NCBI GenBank assembly: GCA_965249725.1
Contig: OZ252251.1
Coordinates: 128,001-192,000, forward strand
Length of the DNA stretch: 64,000 nucleotides
Direction: 5' to 3'
Source of the DNA: Longimicrobiales bacterium
GTDB taxonomy: Bacteria > Gemmatimonadota > Gemmatimonadetes > Longimicrobiales > Gaopeijiaceae
The notes beneath the pieces are model-generated. The model searched no databases, was not told where the DNA came from, and saw only the letters and a program-made list of their open reading frames with translations. Positions 57,664-64,000 of the stretch are shown piece by piece. Made by a program: the position numbers and the translations under genes. Each line of letters starts with the position of its first letter. Within the stretch, counting starts at the first letter, position 1.

Positions 57664-58701
57664 GTGGACGCCCCGGTCCCGCCGACCCCGGCACCACGGG
57701 TCCAGGTGCCGGCGCGAGTCTTCCTGACCGGAGGCTCGGGGCTGCTGGGATCTCATATCGCTGAGCGGCTGCTCGAGTCCGGGCACGAGGTGGTCGCGCT
57801 ACAGCGGCCGACCTCGAATACCGGACTGCTCAGAGAGATCGGCTGCTCCGTTGCCGAGGGGGACATCCGCGACGACCCCGACCGGCTTGCAGCACACATG
57901 GAGGGATGCCGGTGGATGGTCCACTGCGCGGCCGTCGTGTACAGCGGTACGGAGTGGCCGAGCGTGCGAGCCGTCAACGTGGACGGCACCCGCAACGTGC
58001 TCGAGGGTGCGGCGCGTGCAGCGCTCGAGCACGCCGTCCACATCTCGTCGGTCTCTGTCTACGGACAGGTCGCCGCAGAGGCGGATGAGTCGGGACCTCT
58101 CGAAGGCCACCTTCGACCCCGGGATCTCTACGCGAGATCGAAGAGGATGGCGGAAGAGGTCGCTACGGAGGTACACGAGTCCGGACGGCTCGAGGTCACG
58201 GTCGTTCGCCCGGCCGTCGTCTACGGCGAGCGCGATCGGTTGTTCGCACCCCGGTTGGCCAGGTTTCTGCGGTGGCCGGTGGTGCCCGTGTTCGGATCAG
58301 GGGAGAACACCGTACCCGTCGTCTATGCTGGGAACGTGTCGGTGGGCGTGGAGGCGGCGCTGGACGGAACGGGCGCCGGTGAGGCGTTCAACCTTTCGGA
58401 GGATCATCCTCTGACCCAGAAGGGACTCCTCACGGGTCTCGCGAACGGACTCGGGCGATCTCCTCGATTCGTACACCTGCCGGCCAGTCTGATTCGGGGC
58501 GCGGCTCAACTCGGGGACGTAGCAGGTATCTCGGTTTCCGGAGCAGAGGGGCTCGCCCCGTCCCGAGTGGCGCGGCTCGCCTTGCGGGACAATCCTTATC
58601 GCTCCGAACGCGCCCGCGACATTCTGGGGTGGCGACCCCCTCACCGGCACGAAGATGCCCTCCGTCGAACCGGAGATTGGCTCTCCGGAAGAGCGAGGTA
58701 G
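57664..58701 (+). CDS. NAD-dependent epimerase/dehydratase (extended SDR)
   Basis: TGGSGLLG, YARSK, RPAVVYG. Confidence 0.9.
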   Translation: MDAPVPPTPAPRVQVPARVFLTGGSGLLGSHIAERLLESGHEVVALQRPTSNTGLLREIGCSVAEGDIRDDPDRLAAHMEGCRWMVHCAAVVYSGTEWPSVRAVNVDGTRNVLEGAARAALEHAVHISSVSVYGQVAAEADESGPLEGHLRPRDLYARSKRMAEEVATEVHESGRLEVTVVRPAVVYGERDRLFAPRLARFLRWPVVPVFGSGENTVPVVYAGNVSVGVEAALDGTGAGEAFNLSEDHPLTQKGLLTGLANGLGRSPRFVHLPASLIRGAAQLGDVAGISVSGAEGLAPSRVARLALRDNPYRSERARDILGWRPPHRHEDALRRTGDWLSGRAR

Positions 58702-58708
58702 AGAGACT

Positions 58709-59401
58709 TTGAGCGACGACAGCAGCGAGACGAAGGACCCGACGGTTCTGGCCCGTCCACCCCACACGAAAGAGACGGAGGACGAGCGCTTCCTTCAGTC
58801 CACCGTCGATGAGCTTCAGGAGCGGGGGCTCCTCCGCGGGGGTCAGGAGTCTTGGCGTGTCTTCAGAATCCTGGGTGAGTTCGTCGAGGGATTCGGGGAG
58901 CTGAGCAACGTCGGCCCGTGCGTTTCCTTTTTCGGATCCGCCCGGCTGACCGATGCGGATCCCGTCTATCAGGAGTGTGTCGATCTCGGCCTGGACTTCC
59001 GGTACTTCTTCGTCCGGAAGACCATGTTCGTGAAGTACGCCCAGGCCTTCGTCATCTTCCCGGGTGGATTCGGGACGATGGATGAGTTGTTCGAGGCCCT
59101 CACGCTGATCCAGACGGGTAAAGTGCGGAACTTCCCCGTCGTCCTGTTCGGAACGGAGTATTGGTCGGGACTCCTGGCCTGGGTGCAGGAGCGGCTGGTC
59201 GGGGAGCAGAAGATCTCTCCGGAGGACCTCGATCTGATCTTCGTCACCGACTCCCCGGCCGAGGCGGTCGCCCACGTCGTGGACTGTCAGCCCAAGGGAT
59301 CGAGCGCACATCCCAAGCGTCGCAAGGAGGATGTGACGCGCGCGGGCGACGACCCTGGTCAGCCGGGTGGCGATGGGGCCCGCGCCGGAGATCTCGGTTG
59401 A
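58709..59401 (+). pseudogene. LOG family (TIGR00730-type) protein with a large internal in-frame deletion
   Basis: FGSAR...YQECV joined directly to DLGLDFRYFFVRK; PGGFGTMDE present but the TGGGPGxMEAAN segment is missing. Confidence 0.75.
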
Positions 59402-60534
59402 TCGAGTCCCCGCTCCTGCTGACAGCCGTTATCGCTGCCGCGACCGCGCTGGCGTTCCTGCTCGACCACAAGATTGCGCCGCTGTCCAAGCTGGGTGCCT
59501 CCCTGCTCGCGATCCTGTTCGGCGCCATCCTGTCCAACCTGGGGATCGTGACGGCCGCGTCTCCGATCTACGGGACCATCAGCGGGTCGGTCACGTCGCT
59601 CGCCATCGCGGGGCTGCTTCTGGCGGTCAATTTGGCCGACCTCAAGAAGGCCGGCCGGCGGATGGTAGGGGCGTTCGTGCTGGCCGTAACCGGAACGGCC
59701 CTCGGCGCCTTCGTTGGAGCCCTGATCTTCGCCGGGCGTTTCGAGGCGGAGACCTGGAAGCTGGCCGGCACATTGACCGGGACCTACTCCGGTGGTGGGG
59801 TGAACTTCGTCGCCGTGGGGAGGGGGCTGGGTCTGCCTGAGGTGCTGTTTGCCGGGGCCACTGCGGCCGACAACGCGATGACGGCGATCTGGTTGGGGGT
59901 GAACCTGGTGCTGCCGCTCTGGTTGATTCGCTTCTATCCGACGCCGATTCCCGGGGCAGGCGAAGGGTCCAAAACCGAGGTGGACCACCCCTTCTTCTCG
60001 AGGACTCCGCTGTCGACCCTGGATCTCGCCTCGCTCTTGGCGGTGGGCTTCGTCCTGCTCGTGGCGGCCGATTGGATGGGAGCTCTGCTACCGGCCGTTC
60101 CGTCGGTTCTGTGGCTCACGACGTTCGCGCTCGTAGTGGGGCACGTCGGGCCTTTCCGGAGCGCCCCGGGCGCCATGCAGTTGGGTACGCTTGCACTCCA
60201 CTTCTTCTTCGTTGTCATCGGGATCTACTCGCGCATCGACATGATTCTCCTGGTGGGCGTGGCGGTCTTCTTCTATACGGTCGTGGTCGTGGGCGTGCAC
60301 GGTATGGTAGTGTATGGAGTGGGCCGGCTCCTGCGCATGGATATCGCAACCATCACGGTCGCCTCGCAGGCTTCCGTCGGAGGACCCTCCAGTGCCGTGG
60401 CCGTCGCCATCTCGCGGGAATGGAACGAGTTGGTCCTACCCGGCATCGCGGTGGGCCTCCTGGGGTACGCCCTCGGGAACTACGTCGGGTTCGGGCTGGG
60501 GTACCTCGTGCGGAGTCTCGGAATAGGGTTGTGA
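59398..60534 (+). CDS. DUF819 family membrane protein
   Basis: GTYSGGGVNF, ASQASVGGPSSA, GYALGNY. Confidence 0.85.
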   Translation: MIESPLLLTAVIAAATALAFLLDHKIAPLSKLGASLLAILFGAILSNLGIVTAASPIYGTISGSVTSLAIAGLLLAVNLADLKKAGRRMVGAFVLAVTGTALGAFVGALIFAGRFEAETWKLAGTLTGTYSGGGVNFVAVGRGLGLPEVLFAGATAADNAMTAIWLGVNLVLPLWLIRFYPTPIPGAGEGSKTEVDHPFFSRTPLSTLDLASLLAVGFVLLVAADWMGALLPAVPSVLWLTTFALVVGHVGPFRSAPGAMQLGTLALHFFFVVIGIYSRIDMILLVGVAVFFYTVVVVGVHGMVVYGVGRLLRMDIATITVASQASVGGPSSAVAVAISREWNELVLPGIAVGLLGYALGNYVGFGLGYLVRSLGIGL

Positions 60535-60622
60535 CGCCCTGAGGGAGACGCTTTCTTTATTGGCTCGGCCAGTGCGGGTTATCTAGGTCCCGCCTCCGAT
60601 TCACCCCAAATACAGGTCGCAG

Positions 60623-61756
60623 GTGTCGAGAACTCTTACCGAAGCGCCGGGGGGTTATGCCCCGGGTAGCAAGGACACGGGAGTCGTAAAACCCAAGGGC
60701 CACTCCAAGATCAAGGCCCATGAGGGTTTGGAGACCGTCCCGATCCGTGACCGCAAGCCCTCGTGGCTCAAGGTGCGGTCGCCGGGGGGGTCCGAGTACC
60801 TGCGTCTCAAGAGTCTCATGCGTACCCAGTCCCTGCACACGGTCTGTGAAGAGGCCGGCTGCCCGAACATCGGCGAGTGCTGGGACGCTGGGACCGCGAC
60901 GTTCATGATTCTGGGGGACGTCTGCACGCGCGCCTGCAAGTACTGCGCGGTGGCTCACGGGCTGCCGACGGAGCTCGACCTGGACGAACCACGACGGGTC
61001 GCCGAGTCGGTGCGCACCATGTCGCTCGAGCACGTCGTGATCACGAGCGTGAACCGTGACGAGCTGCCGGACGGAGGGGCCGGTATCTACGCCGAGACCA
61101 TCCGTCGGATCCACACCTTGGTCCCGGGCTGCTCGGTAGAGGTGCTCATACCCGACTTCAAGGGTGACGAAGAGGCTTTGCGGGTGGTGCAAGAGGCCAA
61201 GCCCGCCATCCTCGGGCACAACCTCGAAACGGTCGAGAGACTGCATCCGGAGGTCCGCCCCGGCGGCCGCTATTGGCGCTCCATCTCATTTCTGGGAGCG
61301 GCCAAGCGGATCGACGCCTCCATGCTGACCAAGACCGGCATCATCCTCGGCATGGGAGAGGAAGAGGCCGAGCTCCACCAGGCCATGAAGGATCTGCGCG
61401 AGGCCTCCGTCGACATTCTGACGCTCGGCCAATACCTGCGTCCCTCTCTGCAGCACATCCCCGTGGCCCGCTGGGTCACGCCGGACGAGTTCGCGGACTG
61501 GAAGCGCGTGGGTGAGGAGACATACGGCTTCAAGCATGTGGAGTCGGGTCCGCTCGTGCGCTCCAGCTATCATGCCAAGGAACAGGCGCGAGAGGTCGAG
61601 GCCGGCGCCGTGGGCAGCATTCAACGTGTGCTCGAGGCCGACATCCCCGCTCCTGCCGAGGTGTTGCCGGGTCTGGAACTCGTGCAACTCGAGATGGGCC
61701 GTCCAAAGCGGCCCGAGTCGGGGTCTCACGGAGACCCGATAGGGTGGGACCGATGA
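60623..61756 (+). CDS. lipA: Lipoyl synthase
   Basis: CEEAGCPNIGEC, CTRACKYC, RSSYHA. Confidence 0.96.
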   Translation: MSRTLTEAPGGYAPGSKDTGVVKPKGHSKIKAHEGLETVPIRDRKPSWLKVRSPGGSEYLRLKSLMRTQSLHTVCEEAGCPNIGECWDAGTATFMILGDVCTRACKYCAVAHGLPTELDLDEPRRVAESVRTMSLEHVVITSVNRDELPDGGAGIYAETIRRIHTLVPGCSVEVLIPDFKGDEEALRVVQEAKPAILGHNLETVERLHPEVRPGGRYWRSISFLGAAKRIDASMLTKTGIILGMGEEEAELHQAMKDLREASVDILTLGQYLRPSLQHIPVARWVTPDEFADWKRVGEETYGFKHVESGPLVRSSYHAKEQAREVEAGAVGSIQRVLEADIPAPAEVLPGLELVQLEMGRPKRPESGSHGDPIGWDR

Positions 61757-62889
61757 GCGACGCCGAGACGACGACGAGAAAGGCCACCAACGGGGGCCCC
61801 GAGTTGGACGCCGAGCTGGACGCCGAGTTGGACGCCGAGCTGGACGCCGAGTTGGACGCCGAGTTGGACGCCGAGTTGGACGGGTTCGCGAAGGATCAGC
61901 TTCTGCACATTCTCCGCGAGATGCTGCTCTATCGGCGCTTCGAGGAGAAGGCAGAGGAGGGATACGCCATTGGTAAGATCGCTGGGTTCTGTCATCTGCA
62001 TATCGGGCAGGAGGCGACCGCGGCCGGGTGCATTCTGCCTCTTCGCAAAGACGACTACGTCATCACCGCCTACCGGGATCACACCCAGGCGCTCGCCAAG
62101 GGTCTGACGCCGGAGGCCGTCATGGCGGAGCTGTACGGGAAGGCCGCCGGAGCGTCGGGCGGGATGGGCGGCTCGATGCACATCTTCGGCGCCGATATGG
62201 GGTTCATGGGCGGTCACGGCATCGTAGGCGGTCAGACCGGTCTCGCTCTGGGCATGGCGTGGGCCATTCACTACCGAGGCGGCGATCAGGTCTGCATGTG
62301 CTTCATGGGCGACGCGGCCGTGAACCAGGGCGGTTTCCACGAGTCCATGAACATGGCGGCCGTGTGGAACCTGCCGGTCATCTATGTCGTGGAGAACAAC
62401 TCGTACGGCATGGGCACCGCGTTCTCCAGGGTTTCACGTACCGACATGGCGGCGAAGGCCTCGTCTCACGGGATCCCCGCGACGGTCGTGGACGGTCAAG
62501 ACGTCATGGCGACGCTCACTGCGTTCGACGACCTCGTCACACGGGTGCGTGAAGGGGCCGGTCCTCAGTTCGTCGATCTGCAGTGCTATCGCTTCAAGGG
62601 CCACTCGATGTCGGACCCGGTGTCGGGCACGTACCGACCCAAGGAAGAAGTCGACGATCGGACGGAGAATGCCGATCCGATCAAGATCCTGCGGGACCGG
62701 CTCTTCGCTGCAGAACTCCTGGACCAGGAGGGGCTCGAAGCGATGGACGCCGAGGTCAAGCAGGTGGTCGATGCCGCGGATGAGTTCGCCGAGGCGGCTC
62801 CCGACCCCGATCCGGCCAACCTCTACGATCACGTCTACTCCGACATCAACCCGCACGGCCGTCTGTTCTTCGATGGCCGAGAGCGGTAG
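61753..62889 (+). CDS. pdhA: Pyruvate dehydrogenase E1 alpha subunit
   Basis: GFCHLHIGQEA, GGSMH, GDAA..QG, YRFKGHSMSDP. Confidence 0.95.
   Translation: MSDAETTTRKATNGGPELDAELDAELDAELDAELDAELDAELDGFAKDQLLHILREMLLYRRFEEKAEEGYAIGKIAGFCHLHIGQEATAAGCILPLRKDDYVITAYRDHTQALAKGLTPEAVMAELYGKAAGASGGMGGSMHIFGADMGFMGGHGIVGGQTGLALGMAWAIHYRGGDQVCMCFMGDAAVNQGGFHESMNMAAVWNLPVIYVVENNSYGMGTAFSRVSRTDMAAKASSHGIPATVVDGQDVMATLTAFDDLVTRVREGAGPQFVDLQCYRFKGHSMSDPVSGTYRPKEEVDDRTENADPIKILRDRLFAAELLDQEGLEAMDAEVKQVVDAADEFAEAAPDPDPANLYDHVYSDINPHGRLFFDGRER
61801..61882. repeat. 12-bp tandem repeat x~7 (ELDA) at the pdhA 5' end
   Basis: gag(t/c)tggacgcc units. Confidence 0.95.
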
Positions 62890-62902
62890 CGGGGGGCGAC
62901 CA

Positions 62903-63886
62903 ATGGCTGAACTGACCTATAGAGAGGCCCTGAACCAGGCCCTCGCCGAGGAGATGGAGCGGGACGACACTGTCTTCCTCCTGGGCGAAGAGGTGGCCGA
63001 GTACGATGGGGCCTACAAGGTCTCCAAGGGCCTGCTCGAGCGTTTCGGGGACAAGCGTGTGGTGGACACGCCCATCAGCGAACTCGGATTCACGGGCTTG
63101 GGAGTCGGGGCCGCGATGGTGGGCCTCAGGCCCGTCGTAGAGTTCATGACGTTCAACTTCTCGATCCTGGCGCTCGATCAGGTGATCAACAGCGCGGCCA
63201 AGATGCTCCACATGAGCAATGGTCAGATCGGGGTCCCCATGGTCTTCCGGGGCCCGACGGGCGCCGCGCTTCAACTGGGCGCCCAGCACTCACAGGCCTG
63301 CGAGATCTGGTATGTACACGCCCCTGGAGTGAAGCTCGTAACGCCCGCGACGCCGGCGGACGCAAAGGGACTACTCAAGGCCGCCATCCGGGACAACGAC
63401 CCGGTCGCGTTCATGGAGGGGGAGCTCCTCTACAACGTGAAGGGCGAGGTTCCGGACGATGACGACTTCATCGTGCCCCTCGGTGTGGCGGACCTGAAGC
63501 GTTCCGGGGACGACGTGTCGATCATCACCCACGGTAAGATGGTCCACGTTGCCCTACAGGCGGCCGGCCAGCTGGCCAAGGAAGGAATCGAAGCCGACGT
63601 GCTGGACTTGAGGTCTCTCCGTCCTCTCGACGTAGACGCCATTCTGGAAACGGTCGCAAAGACGCACCGGGCGGTCTATCTGGAAGAGGGTTGGCCCTAC
63701 GCGGGCATCGGCTCGCAAATCGTCTCCATTCTCATGGAGGAGGCGTTCGACGATCTCGATGCACCGGTTCTGCGCGTCACCCAGGCGGACATCCCCATGC
63801 CGTACAACAAGAAGCTGGAGGCCTGGACCAAGCCGAGCGCCAAACACGTCGTCGAGGCGTGCAAAGAGGTTCTATATGTCGACTAA
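62903..63886 (+). CDS. pdhB: Pyruvate dehydrogenase E1 beta subunit
   Basis: [32 protein letters not shown]. Confidence 0.95.
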   Translation: MAELTYREALNQALAEEMERDDTVFLLGEEVAEYDGAYKVSKGLLERFGDKRVVDTPISELGFTGLGVGAAMVGLRPVVEFMTFNFSILALDQVINSAAKMLHMSNGQIGVPMVFRGPTGAALQLGAQHSQACEIWYVHAPGVKLVTPATPADAKGLLKAAIRDNDPVAFMEGELLYNVKGEVPDDDDFIVPLGVADLKRSGDDVSIITHGKMVHVALQAAGQLAKEGIEADVLDLRSLRPLDVDAILETVAKTHRAVYLEEGWPYAGIGSQIVSILMEEAFDDLDAPVLRVTQADIPMPYNKKLEAWTKPSAKHVVEACKEVLYVD

Positions 63887-64000
63887 GGTCCACATGGAGG
63901 CTCTCTCTCCCACGATGGAAGAGGGACAGGTGGTGAAGTGGCTCAAGTCCGAAGGTGACGAGGTAGCCAACGGGGATGTCATCGCCGAGATCGAGACGGA
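63876..64000 (+). CDS. pdhC: Pyruvate dehydrogenase E2, N-terminal lipoyl domain (truncated by the window end)
   Basis: [30 protein letters not shown]...IAEIET. Confidence 0.9.
   Translation, partial: MSTKVHMEALSPTMEEGQVVKWLKSEGDEVANGDVIAEIET

Noticed and set aside
57664..58701. SDR as the ceramide reductase partner of the SPT-like operon
   Set aside because: It lies 34 kb away and has only generic extended-SDR motifs
44432..61882. Tandem repeats as CRISPR arrays
   Set aside because: The units are contiguous 12-mers with no spacers, and no cas genes are present

Overview
GC-rich bacterial chromosome segment spanning the replication origin. It is probably Gemmatimonadota; this is an inference from gene content and protein style, not a search result. 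The core block is pyrE / dnaN-oriC-dnaA / rpmH-rnpA-yidD-yidC-mnmE-acyP-mnmG / two parS sites / parA-parB-M23-bactofilin-Nif3, and the window ends in lipA-pdhABC. The left half is accessory: ccdA-dsbA, an adenylate cyclase, an asparaginase, MarR-arsM, tandem TetRs, an Xaa-Pro peptidase, tRNA-Asn, an SPT-like/ADC-like/lipid-kinase operon, fused modAB plus modC, a PAS/GAF sensor with no output domain, and a sigma54 two-component operon. The best candidate for an undescribed system is a minus-strand module at 16807-19148. It runs: conserved hypothetical gene, ~130-nt spacer with five AGCGGA repeats (one in a hairpin loop), unannotated 28-aa peptide ORF with a perfect Shine-Dalgarno, then a membrane-bound HD-GYP gene whose RBS is complementary (14 bp, one bulge) to a segment ~200 nt upstream, across the peptide ORF. 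The window also shows many unrelated 12-bp tandem expansions at gene ends, three single-base frameshifts, two gene remnants and one large in-frame deletion. These could be gene erosion or assembly error; the sequence alone cannot separate the two.
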